NCBI RefSeq assembly: GCF_014396165.1 | Contig: NZ_CP060715.1 | Coordinates: 1,140,001-1,172,000, forward strand | Reading direction: 5' to 3' | Source: Erysipelothrix inopinata | Lineage (GTDB): Bacteria; Bacillota_I; Bacilli_A; Erysipelotrichales; Erysipelotrichaceae | DNA: 32,000 nucleotides | Shown here: piece by piece, positions 1 through 8,186 of the stretch | How the letters are laid out: the number at the start of each line of letters is the position of its first letter | How positions within the stretch are numbered: position 1 is the first letter of the stretch | Translations under genes and position numbers: made by a program | The notes under the pieces: generated by a model | The model's database searches: none | The model's input: only the letters and a program-made list of their open reading frames with translations | What the model was told of the DNA's origin: nothing

Positions 1-1
1 C

Positions 2-1252
2 TTTGCAGTTACTTCGGGGATAATATCCTTTCTCTTCGTAAATTTTGATGTGGGTTTGAGTTCAGTTCATCTGAAGAAGGTACTGACAGTAATTGCGTGC
101 TACTTTCTAATCTCACTACTTTTAAGTATTATCTTTTTCTTAGTTTTCTACATTACGCAAGGGAGTATCGTTTTGAAGAAGGACTCCAATGCGAGAATCA
201 GTTTGTGGATGAGTTACTTATTGAAAATTGGAATAATAGTAGCACTGCTTGTACCATTATCTAAGGATTTGGAAGCGTTGAATAATTCGAAGCAATATCT
301 GAAACATTTTGATTCAAGTATGCTCTATAGAACAGGGAAAATAGTTTCAATTTATGAAAATTCAACTTTGAACACTGAAGATAGTGAAAAAGAAAGTAGA
401 TATATATTTGAGCTCATGACAAGACATGGTTTAGACTACTTAAACTTTGATTTTTTTGGACACGTTGCTTCCGAAAAAAATACGAGTTTTATAGCAGTGA
501 ATAAGAATTTCTTAAGTAAGTTTCAAATCATGAAATCAGATGGTACTCGTTTAAATACTGATGAATTGAATCATGATGTTTTAATTGGAACACAAAATAA
601 TCTTGACTTATTCCACAACCCATCAATTCAGAGTATAGATAAAATCGCTGTAGATTATACACTCGATGCATTATTCATCGTTTCAGGATTTTATGCACAG
701 AACCCAGTCGTATATGTACTCACATCTTATGAAAATCCAGTTCTTAGTTTGGGTAATTACTCTATTGTGACAGACCAAAATGATATTCAAGAATTCATAA
801 CTGAAGTAAACGAGGTTGCCTCAGTATCAGAGATTATTAAAATCGAAGATATGCGTGAGTATATGAGTGATAAATATAAATCTGATCAAATAAAAGTTTA
901 CTTAGAATTATTTAGTTTTCTAATCATGTTAATTATTTTTTCTACACTTGCTATCACAGCATTCTTTGAAATTAATCGTAAGAAACTTGCAGTAGAATAT
1001 CTTCATGGTATCGGAAGAATACAAAGGTATCGAGAATTGATTGTGTTTGAAGGAGTCAGTCTTATACTATCCTTCGTAATATTGTTTATGATCAACCAAC
1101 ATCAAAGTACAGAAATTGTTAACTATGTAGATACACAAATAATTACTTCTTTGTGTGTACTCATTGTAGTGATTGATTTTGCTATCTGTAGTATCTATAT
1201 CAGAAAGTTTGAAAAAGAACAAACATCTATGATTCTCAAAGGAAGCATCTAA
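2..1252 (+). CDS. Bacteriocin-associated integral membrane protein (DUF1430 / lactococcin-972-type immunity-permease family), probably 5'-partial
   Basis: The ORF-track start at 50 is GTG, but the frame stays open back to nt 2 (FAVTSGIISFLFVNFDV...), so the gene probably begins left of the window. It has TM segments at the N-side, a soluble middle, and a C-terminal FtsX-like TM block (KKLAVEYLHGIGRIQRYRELI...). That block is paralogous to the C-terminus of ORF 1935-4127 (RKQLAVAYLLGKTRFERYRKIM...). Confidence 0.55.
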   Translation, partial: FAVTSGIISFLFVNFDVGLSSVHLKKVLTVIACYFLISLLLSIIFFLVFYITQGSIVLKKDSNARISLWMSYLLKIGIIVALLVPLSKDLEALNNSKQYLKHFDSSMLYRTGKIVSIYENSTLNTEDSEKESRYIFELMTRHGLDYLNFDFFGHVASEKNTSFIAVNKNFLSKFQIMKSDGTRLNTDELNHDVLIGTQNNLDLFHNPSIQSIDKIAVDYTLDALFIVSGFYAQNPVVYVLTSYENPVLSLGNYSIVTDQNDIQEFITEVNEVASVSEIIKIEDMREYMSDKYKSDQIKVYLELFSFLIMLIIFSTLAITAFFEINRKKLAVEYLHGIGRIQRYRELIVFEGVSLILSFVILFMINQHQSTEIVNYVDTQIITSLCVLIVVIDFAICSIYIRKFEKEQTSMILKGSI

Positions 1253-1267
1253 AAATTTCTAAACTAA

Positions 1268-1310
1268 AAAAGCCAGGAGTCTCGCAAATTGAGAATCTTG
1301 GCTTTGTATT
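1268..1310. terminator. Bidirectional rho-independent terminator between convergent genes
   Basis: Imperfect 15-nt inverted repeat aaagccaggagtctc / gagaatcttggcttt (1268-1282 and 1291-1305). It is flanked by an A-run on the left and T-rich sequence on the right, and lies between the stop at 1252 (+) and the stop at 1312 (-). Confidence 0.5.
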
Positions 1311-1311
1311 G

Positions 1312-1938
1312 TTATAGATAAACGACACGTTCAGTGGCATTAATTATTTCAGTATCATGTGTGACAATAATAACAGTCTTACCACTTTGATGAAGTTCAT
1401 GAAGTAGATTCATGACAATGTGTTTATTTTCGTCATCAAGACTTCCAGTTGGTTCGTCACAAAGAATAAGATTAGAGTCTTTAAGTAAGAGCCTTGCTAT
1501 CGCAATACGTTGTTGCTCTCCACCAGAACACGTATACACTTTCCGATTTAAATAATCAATGAGACCGACATTATCTAATGTTGCATTCAAATCAGAGTCT
1601 TTAATCTGTTTTCGTGAAAGTGCAAGTTCAAGATTATAACGAACTGTTTTGTTATCAATGAGCGCAAAGTTTTGAAAGAGATAACCGATACTATCTTTCA
1701 AAATTTTAGTAGCTTCGTTACTAAAGGGTTTGGGTGCTTTCTTCCCATAGAGTAGGTAAGTACCACCATCAAAAGTTTCGAGAAGGCCGAGTATGTTTAA
1801 GATTGTTGATTTTCCTGAACCTGACCTACCAGAAATACAGATCATCTCACCTTCATTGATTTCTAAATTGAAGTTTTCTAATACAGGGATGTTATTATAG
1901 CTTTTATTTACATCCTTTAGTTGAATTATTGGTGTCAT
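1312..1938 (-). CDS. ABC transporter ATP-binding protein, lactococcin-972-group bacteriocin export/immunity type
   Basis: Walker A GRSGSGKST, signature CSGGEQQRIAIAR, Walker B LILCDEPTGSLD, H-loop IIVTHD. The short size (208 aa), the GYLFQNFALI motif and the 4-nt overlap with an upstream DUF1430-type gene fit the lactococcin-972 ABC subgroup (recalled as TIGR03608-like; not searched). Confidence 0.85.
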   Translation of the reverse strand: MTPIIQLKDVNKSYNNIPVLENFNLEINEGEMICISGRSGSGKSTILNILGLLETFDGGTYLLYGKKAPKPFSNEATKILKDSIGYLFQNFALIDNKTVRYNLELALSRKQIKDSDLNATLDNVGLIDYLNRKVYTCSGGEQQRIAIARLLLKDSNLILCDEPTGSLDDENKHIVMNLLHELHQSGKTVIIVTHDTEIINATERVVYL

Positions 1939-4127
1939 GAATTTTCTCCTTTCAGAACCGTTGAGCTTGTTGATTTTTGGAATGTTCGTGCCATACTCAA
2001 GAATAAACCAAGATCTAGAGTGATTAATAACCCTAGGATTAGATAAATGCGTTGAAGTGGAATAGTAACTGCTAATTCTCCTGCAAAGTATTTATTGTTG
2101 AGGTGAAATAAGATCACAACAATCGATATTAAAGTAGGAATAAAAGTAGCGAACATAATCTTACGATATCGTTCAAATCGGGTTTTACCTAAGAGGTAAG
2201 CGACGGCTAACTGCTTTCTTTCGTTGTAGAATAAAATGGTTAGAATAAATTGTGTAACAATTAAGGAAAGAAACAATAGAGTTAAGGTTAGTTCGATTAC
2301 GGTAGCACTACTCTCGGAAATCCAAGTATCTAAAAATGTCTCGTACACACTGTTATCTACAGAACTGGTTAATCCGATGTTGGTAGATATTTCCTCAAGA
2401 ATTTCAAGACGTTTTTCCTTTGGGGTATCGTATTCAAAGAACATGTCAAACGTTGCGGTGTTGAAGTCAGAATAGTCATCAACGATTAAATAAATAATTT
2501 TTGAATCGTAGGAATTAACCATTAATCCGGCTTTTTTAGATTTTAATAGAGGCGTATCCTCTACAAAAATTATCGGTTCTTGAAGTGTATCTAACCCTTC
2601 TGAATTTTGATATTTTTTCGGAACAATATAACTATTTGTTGTTATGGTATCGAGATCAAGCACATTCCCATCTAAGGTTGAAATTTTATAAGGATTTAGG
2701 AAATAATTATTAACTGTAGTCACATCTAAACTTTCAATAATCGATTCCATGAAGTAGTAATCCTTGATGATCCCAAAATGATGTTCTTGAATCATATCAA
2801 TAAGCTTCAAATCTGTTTTTTCATCCCAATTTTGAGATTTAGGATGACTAAATTTGAATCCTGGTTGTGTAGGAGGGGATAGGTCAATTCTTTTCAAGTA
2901 ATAAGGATCACGTTGAATAACGTGTTTGAATCCTTTTAAATCTGCAAGAACTTCATGATTATCAATAATTGGTAAAATAAGGCTAAAAATAAGAATAAAT
3001 TTAAAGAGTGTAGAAACAATGACAATGTTGTATGACGAGAATGATTTTTTGAGTAATGTATTCGGATTAGAAAGTTTGAATATTAAATAGGTAATATAAT
3101 AAAACAAACATACGATTAATATAAAAATAAGTGTTAAACCAAGAATCATTTTATTAAATGTTTGCGTCATTGTATTAAAGTCGCGTACTTTCCAAATCCA
3201 TAGGCCAATTGTTGTAAGAATATAAGTTTCGATAATGATAAAGATATTGTCATGAGTAACACTTGTGAATGTTTTAAAGAGAGAGTTTCCATTCATACGT
3301 CGTATCATAATTTCTTTTGAATTCGAAAAACTTTCATAGAATATTATTGAAAACAATGCGATTAAAGACATTGTAAAGACTACTTTAGTGATTGAAGTAG
3401 TATTTGTTAAGATATCGTAAAAGGATATTTTTCTTTCCCAATAATCTTCGTAAAGACTATTGGCTACCAACATTCCTTCACAACCTGAATTACCACACAT
3501 GTTTGAAGGATTAAAAACCTCTTTAATCATAAGCTGATTAATCTGGTCTTCTGTATAGAAATCACTAATAATTGACAAACTAAAAGGTGTCTTATAGTTG
3601 AGAGTGTGACTTGTAAGTAACATGTGCATAGGCATTATTAAGTTATTGCGTTCTTTGCGGCTAAATCCAAGCTCATCTCTGCTCCCATACAGATGTTGGA
3701 TATGAAAAATATTATCTCCAGTCTTTATCGGATTATCAGTAAGGATTTTATCCTCTGTACTCAAAGAAAAATCAATACTTGATAATTCTCGATCAAACTG
3801 AATATGGTTAAATGCTTCTGTATTCTTCACAGTCGTATAAGTAGCTGATAAGTTTTCTCCGTTGGTATCAAAACTAGCATAATACACAACAGCATCAATC
3901 TGCTCGTTAGTATTTAGAGTCGTCTCTAATTTTATGAAGAAATCGACAGGGTCATCAAGGAAATGGGTTGATAAATTATAGTTGACACCGTGAATATCTC
4001 CATCTCTAATTTGATGGTAACTAATTTCATACACATTCTTATCATAAAAGGTGCTTGCGGTGGAAAGTGTTGCATTGAACGTTAAGAGTGCAACAAGAAT
4101 CGTGAAAACAATACTATGTTTCTTCAT
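1935..4127 (-). CDS. Bacteriocin-associated integral membrane protein (DUF1430, putative immunity/permease partner of the ABC ATPase)
   Basis: 730 aa. N-terminal signal/TM (MKKHSIVFTILVALLTFNATL), a large extracytoplasmic domain, central TM cluster, a second soluble domain, and a C-terminal FtsX-like TM cluster. Its stop overlaps the ATPase start (ATGA), implying translational coupling. The architecture matches the large membrane protein encoded next to the ATPase in lactococcin-972-type loci. Confidence 0.65.
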   Translation of the reverse strand: MKKHSIVFTILVALLTFNATLSTASTFYDKNVYEISYHQIRDGDIHGVNYNLSTHFLDDPVDFFIKLETTLNTNEQIDAVVYYASFDTNGENLSATYTTVKNTEAFNHIQFDRELSSIDFSLSTEDKILTDNPIKTGDNIFHIQHLYGSRDELGFSRKERNNLIMPMHMLLTSHTLNYKTPFSLSIISDFYTEDQINQLMIKEVFNPSNMCGNSGCEGMLVANSLYEDYWERKISFYDILTNTTSITKVVFTMSLIALFSIIFYESFSNSKEIMIRRMNGNSLFKTFTSVTHDNIFIIIETYILTTIGLWIWKVRDFNTMTQTFNKMILGLTLIFILIVCLFYYITYLIFKLSNPNTLLKKSFSSYNIVIVSTLFKFILIFSLILPIIDNHEVLADLKGFKHVIQRDPYYLKRIDLSPPTQPGFKFSHPKSQNWDEKTDLKLIDMIQEHHFGIIKDYYFMESIIESLDVTTVNNYFLNPYKISTLDGNVLDLDTITTNSYIVPKKYQNSEGLDTLQEPIIFVEDTPLLKSKKAGLMVNSYDSKIIYLIVDDYSDFNTATFDMFFEYDTPKEKRLEILEEISTNIGLTSSVDNSVYETFLDTWISESSATVIELTLTLLFLSLIVTQFILTILFYNERKQLAVAYLLGKTRFERYRKIMFATFIPTLISIVVILFHLNNKYFAGELAVTIPLQRIYLILGLLITLDLGLFLSMARTFQKSTSSTVLKGENS

Positions 4128-4495
4128 AAAATCACCAGTCCTTTGTATATTGGAATGTAAAATGAAATTTTTACTCAGAACATTATTATTAATTTTGCTT
4201 TCGGATAGTGGATACTTTACGAGTGGTAATTATAAACCAACAAGTTTTTAGTTTACTCATTGTTAGAATTTTTAAATGATATTAAAAATATTGTGGAAAA
4301 TCTGATTTCTGAAATTATAAAGAAAACAATCTATTGAATGGCTACGAATTGTTGTATCTTTGACTCAACGTAAACAGATCACGATATACCATAATAATAG
4401 TTTAGATTGATTCCTTTTTCAATAGAAGCCAAAAGTTAACTTGAGGTTGGCATGTACTTGTTCTAATCTAAGGAAACTATTTATTCATTAATGTA

Positions 4496-4523
4496 TTGCT
4501 ATTGTATATACTTTTGATATAGT
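4496..4523 (+). promoter_or_regulatory. Candidate sigma-A promoter for the small ORF at 4550
   Basis: TTGCTA (4496-4501), 16-nt spacer, extended -10 TGaTATAGT (4515-4523). RBS AAAGGTGGG lies just upstream of the ATG at 4550. Confidence 0.4.
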
Positions 4524-4549
4524 TTATTTAGCAAAGGTGGGAACAAAAG

Positions 4550-4732
4550 ATGAACAGAAATGATAATACTAATGAGAAAGATAGACTGGATAATGATTGC
4601 CTAGATATAAAATATCTTACTCAGGATGCATTAAGTATGGAATTAGAGAAGGGATACAGAGAGATGATAGATGGAGAAGGGACTTCAGTTGAAGAAACTT
4701 TTTCGAGTATTCGTAAAAAATACAATCTATAA
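4550..4732 (+). CDS. Small acidic hypothetical protein (60 aa) with an antitoxin-like C-terminal motif
   Basis: It has its own promoter-like element, an RBS and a downstream terminator. The C-terminal LSMELEKGYREMIDGEGTSVEETFSSIRKKY resembles, from memory, the C-terminal tails of ParD/RelB-type antitoxins. No ribbon-helix-helix N-terminus and no toxin gene follow. Confidence 0.35.
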   Translation: MNRNDNTNEKDRLDNDCLDIKYLTQDALSMELEKGYREMIDGEGTSVEETFSSIRKKYNL

Positions 4733-4802
4733 CATTTTTTTTGGACAGTTTCATATTAATATCTGCTCTAGTGAAATTGAATAAGTAATAATAAACTTGG
4801 TT

Positions 4803-4836
4803 ATCGAAGGCTCAATTATGACCTTCGATTTTTTAT
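4803..4836 (+). terminator. Rho-independent terminator
   Basis: Stem atcgaagg (4803-4810) / ccttcgat (4822-4829) followed by a T-run (4829-4835). Confidence 0.6.
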
Positions 4837-4954
4837 GTATCCCTAAGACTCTTATAGTTATAACTTGCCACATTGATATGGTTTCTTATTGACCTATTAG
4901 AGATTAGAGTTCGATCCAATCTGGATATATAATAGCAGTAGGAAGGAGATATTT

Positions 4955-6076
4955 ATGACTCGCTATTATCAACCAACGCAGATTCATTTTGGTCCTAAAA
5001 AGACAGAATGTATCGGTGAAATTACAAAAAAATATGGCAATAAAGCACTGCTTATTTCGAGTGCTGATGAGCCACTACAACCTTTATATACAAGAGTAAA
5101 AAGTAAATTAGATGAATCAGGAATTGTTGTGACACACTTTACGGGTGTTGTACCAAATCCGACTGTTGATTCTGTTGAAGAAGTTTTAAAACTTGTTGAA
5201 GATACAGACATTGATGTTGTCGTTGTAGTTGGAGGTGGAAGTGCTATTGATACTGCTAAGGCATTCGTATTTAAATCAGCACATCCAGAATTATCCTGGG
5301 ATACAATTTTTGAAAACTTTGGATCACCAGTTCCAGAATATGAGCCATTGGATAACCCATTTCCAATTGTTGCAATACCAACCACATCAGGTACTGGATC
5401 ACATGTAACGCAAGCAGCAGTATTATCTTTTGGTTCGGATAAGTTAACGCTATTTCATCAGGATTTATTCTCCCAAGAAGCTATTATTGATCCTGAACTA
5501 ACAACTACTTTACCTAAAAGAATGACAGCTGCTACTGCTTTTGATACTTTCACGCATGCTTTTGAAAGCTATGTGAGTCCACGTGCTAACGACTTTACAC
5601 GTCATGATTCAATTGAAGCAATGAAACGTGTCTTAAACGCATTACCTAAAGTTCTTGATGATCCCACATCAATTAGCTTAAGAACAGAATTATCGGTGGC
5701 AGACTCCCTTGGAGGCCGTGCCCTTGCAAATGCGGGAGCATCAACACCTCATCCACTTTCCGAAATCATCGGTGGTATAACCGGAGCAGTTCATGGAGAG
5801 GCACTTGCATGTGTCTATCCAGCATTCATCAAATACGGCATGGACATGTTTCCCAATCAATTTGAGGTTATTGCACAATTGTTCGGCAGTGGCAAGCATG
5901 CTGAAGACCTCGAAGCACTAGTCAGAGATTTCTTAGTGGAAATTGGTCTGACACGCTCTCTTGATGATTTTATTACCCAACCAAATCAACGTGAACAAAT
6001 CACATCTCATCCAGCGTTAGATCATCTTCCTTTTGGAAACAAAGAATACTTTGTAAAGATACTCAATGAATCCTAG
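4955..6076 (+). CDS. Iron-containing (group III) alcohol dehydrogenase
   Basis: GGGSAIDTAK nucleotide-binding motif, PTTSGTGS, and metal-ligand-type D/H residues (FDTFTHAFESY, TPHPLSE, VHGEALA). Strong RBS GGAAGGAG upstream. Confidence 0.85.
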   Translation: MTRYYQPTQIHFGPKKTECIGEITKKYGNKALLISSADEPLQPLYTRVKSKLDESGIVVTHFTGVVPNPTVDSVEEVLKLVEDTDIDVVVVVGGGSAIDTAKAFVFKSAHPELSWDTIFENFGSPVPEYEPLDNPFPIVAIPTTSGTGSHVTQAAVLSFGSDKLTLFHQDLFSQEAIIDPELTTTLPKRMTAATAFDTFTHAFESYVSPRANDFTRHDSIEAMKRVLNALPKVLDDPTSISLRTELSVADSLGGRALANAGASTPHPLSEIIGGITGAVHGEALACVYPAFIKYGMDMFPNQFEVIAQLFGSGKHAEDLEALVRDFLVEIGLTRSLDDFITQPNQREQITSHPALDHLPFGNKEYFVKILNES

Positions 6077-6824
6077 TCAAAAGCGAGTATTTATTGATTT
6101 AGATGGCACATTATTAAATTCCGAAGGATCCGTCTCTTTCTTTACCAAGCAAGAGATAGAGAAAGCAATAAATCGTAATATAGAAATTTGGATATGTAGT
6201 GGACGTCCGTATTGTTTCGCACAAAAAATCGCGAATATGATTGATGAACGAATCAAGACTATTAGTTATAATGGATGTATGATTGAATCGAACATTGAAG
6301 ATTCCTTCAATCCTCAAATACTCGAAGATATTCTTAAACTAATGAGTCCAGAATCAATCATAATCTTAAAATCACGCACAACGCTCTATTCCAATAAACT
6401 ACCAGTTATTGATTCCTTTGCCTATCGCGATGAATTAAAAACTTATAGCATGGAAGAAAAACCACTTATTGAGTACCAAAATGATTGTATACTTAAAGTA
6501 TTAATTCTTGAAAAGAATCAGTATGCACACATGAAGGATAACTTAATGAAACAAAACTTGGAATGTTCCATTGCTTTCTACGAAAACTTAGGTTGTGAAA
6601 TTACGCCTAAAGGAATCAACAAAGGATCAGCTGTTAAGAAGGTGCGTCAAGAAAATGACATCATCATTGGTATCGGAAATGATATGAATGATATCTCCCT
6701 TTTTGAAGCATCGGATATAGCAGTTGCCATGAAAAATAGCCATAAACAATTATTAAGTATGGCACATGTAATTACATCATCTAATGATCAGGATGGTGTT
6801 GGAAAATACCTCGAAACATTATAG
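6066..6824 (+). CDS. Cof-type HAD-IIB family hydrolase (sugar-phosphate phosphatase type)
   Basis: HAD motif I FIDLDGTLL near the N-terminus and motif IV GNDMNDISLFE near the C-terminus, with a cap-domain-sized insert. The start overlaps the ADH stop by 11 nt. Confidence 0.85.
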   Translation: MNPSQKRVFIDLDGTLLNSEGSVSFFTKQEIEKAINRNIEIWICSGRPYCFAQKIANMIDERIKTISYNGCMIESNIEDSFNPQILEDILKLMSPESIIILKSRTTLYSNKLPVIDSFAYRDELKTYSMEEKPLIEYQNDCILKVLILEKNQYAHMKDNLMKQNLECSIAFYENLGCEITPKGINKGSAVKKVRQENDIIIGIGNDMNDISLFEASDIAVAMKNSHKQLLSMAHVITSSNDQDGVGKYLETL

Positions 6825-6845
6825 AAAATTAAAAGGAGAAAAAAT

Positions 6846-7559
6846 ATGAAACACATTAAAATTGCAGCAGGATTAGCTCATGTTAATTACGGAAGAATTG
6901 CAGATATCGTCAAAGAAGTCAGTGATGCAGGAGTGGATTACATCCATTCTGATGCAGCAGATATGCATGACTTACAAAATATGAAACTTATGGGAGGACA
7001 TCAAATCATTGCAGGGATTCGTCCAGAAACAGAATGTCCAATCGAATGTCATATCTATACAGAAAGTATGGACAGAATGTTCATCGAACAAATTGCGGAA
7101 GCAGGAGCTCAAATGTTAATTATTCCTGCTGAACATTTCATTGGTGCGCAACTTGCATATATCATTAACTGGTGTCGTGAAATGGATTTAAAAGTTGGTT
7201 TAACATTAGGTTGCTACACACCACTTTGCTTTGTAGAAGAATCAATCTACGATATTGATCGTCTTCACATAGTAACACATGGTGTTGACGAAACTGATGG
7301 TAAAGATAACTGGGGTTGGAGAAAGAGTGTTGTTGACCTCGTGAAACGCGCACGAGTCATGATTGATGAAAAAAATCCTGATTGTGAACTTGCAATTGAT
7401 GGTGGATTACGCGCTGACAACATGGATTTATTAATTGAACAAAATCCAGATGTTATCGTTTTATCATCGGCTATTTTCAAAGATGAAAATGGACCAGCAG
7501 CAGGGGTACGTAAATGTCGTGAAGCAATCGATGCTGCAGCTGAAAAATACAATCTGTAA
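6846..7559 (+). CDS. Ribulose-phosphate 3-epimerase family protein (divergent)
   Basis: It can be aligned by eye with Rpe: IAAGLAHVNYGRI..AGVDYIHSDAAD (Rpe: IAPSILSADFARL..AGADVVHFDVMD), IECHIY (IDVHLM), LAIDGGL (LEVDGGV), LSSAIF (AGSAIF). The metal/catalytic His and Asp positions look retained. RBS AAAAGGAGAAAA. Confidence 0.6.
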   Translation: MKHIKIAAGLAHVNYGRIADIVKEVSDAGVDYIHSDAADMHDLQNMKLMGGHQIIAGIRPETECPIECHIYTESMDRMFIEQIAEAGAQMLIIPAEHFIGAQLAYIINWCREMDLKVGLTLGCYTPLCFVEESIYDIDRLHIVTHGVDETDGKDNWGWRKSVVDLVKRARVMIDEKNPDCELAIDGGLRADNMDLLIEQNPDVIVLSSAIFKDENGPAAGVRKCREAIDAAAEKYNL

Positions 7560-7562
7560 TTT

Positions 7563-8171
7563 ATGAATCACGCAAAAATATCAACGTATGGTAAAATCGT
7601 TTTAAGTTCAATACTAACAGCCTGTGCAGTTAATTTCTTCTTTCTTCATGACGGTCTTGCACCCGGAGGACTTACAGGTCTTGCGTTAGTCATTGGCTCG
7701 GTGACAGGGATTGAAGTGTCATTAATGACACTTCTCATCTCAGTTCCAATGTTAATTATTTCAACACTCGTATTGGGTAAAGGATTCGGGATGAAAACAA
7801 TCATTATTACATTCCTTACGCCATTATTCATGAAAGTTATTCCAGTAATCTGGCTGACACAACCTCTTACCAAGATCCATCCCTATTTAGAATTATTAGT
7901 AAGTGCAGGTCTGGGTGGTCTCTTAATTGGGGGATCAATCTCGTTAGCTTTGTCAGCAAAATGTGCGACAGGCGGAACAGATGTGGTTGCCTTACTGATT
8001 CAACATGTTTTTAAAGATTTGAAGTTATCGCACATCATTTTAGTACTCGATGGCATGATAATCGCAGCAACAAGTATTCTACATAAAAATATTATGTTGG
8101 GCTTATTCAGTCTTGTTTCATTGTTTGTCATCACGCAAACAATTCAATACTTTACACAAAAGAGAGCCTAA
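7563..8171 (+). CDS. YitT-family (DUF161-type) integral membrane protein lacking the usual C-terminal soluble domain
   Basis: About 5-6 TM segments with the PGGLTGLALV motif typical of YitT-like proteins. It is 202 aa, so only the membrane part is present. Confidence 0.55.
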   Translation: MNHAKISTYGKIVLSSILTACAVNFFFLHDGLAPGGLTGLALVIGSVTGIEVSLMTLLISVPMLIISTLVLGKGFGMKTIIITFLTPLFMKVIPVIWLTQPLTKIHPYLELLVSAGLGGLLIGGSISLALSAKCATGGTDVVALLIQHVFKDLKLSHIILVLDGMIIAATSILHKNIMLGLFSLVSLFVITQTIQYFTQKRA

Positions 8172-8186
8172 TCAAGCTCTCTTTTT
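8158..8186. terminator. Bidirectional terminator whose loop contains both convergent stop codons
   Basis: Perfect 10-bp inverted repeat aaaagagagc (8158-8167) / gctctctttt (8176-8185) with an 8-nt loop ctaatcaa. The loop holds TAA of the + gene (8169-8171) and, on the other strand, TAG of the - gene (8168-8170). T-rich tails are present on both strands. Confidence 0.55.

Noticed and set aside
2236-2475. ORF-track entries nested inside or antisense to larger, well-supported genes. These are 2236-2475(+), 4984-5385(-), 6114-6317(-), 7165-7353(-), 7265-7552(-), 7646-7873(-), 10077-10313(-), 11315-11518(-), 12341-12526(-), 14388-14597(+), 16337-16645(+), 17973-18170(-), 18903-19154(-), 19144-19419(-), 21577-21798(-), 23032-23277(-), 25073-25261(+), 26879-27082(+), 27206-27481(-), 27961-28227(-) and 29741-29983(-).
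   Set aside because: Each lies wholly within a longer ORF that has clear family motifs, an RBS and operon logic. Their translations are low-complexity or compositionally odd, with no recognisable motifs and no RBS. They are best explained as chance open frames.
4051-4251. The 66-aa + strand ORF spanning the start of the DUF1430 gene.
   Set aside because: Its first 37 codons are antisense to the N-terminus of the 730-aa gene and have no RBS. Only the internal 29-codon ORF from 4162 lies in intergenic DNA, and it is reported separately as a low-confidence finding.
4189-4260. A 23-codon minus-strand ORF (MSKLKTCWFIITTRKVSTIRKQN), considered as the missing lactococcin-972-like precursor upstream of the immunity genes.
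   Set aside because: It is far too short for an Lcn972-family precursor (about 90 aa). It has no signal peptide and no RBS upstream. Other minus-strand ATGs in 4128-4549 reach a stop within 16 codons or fewer.
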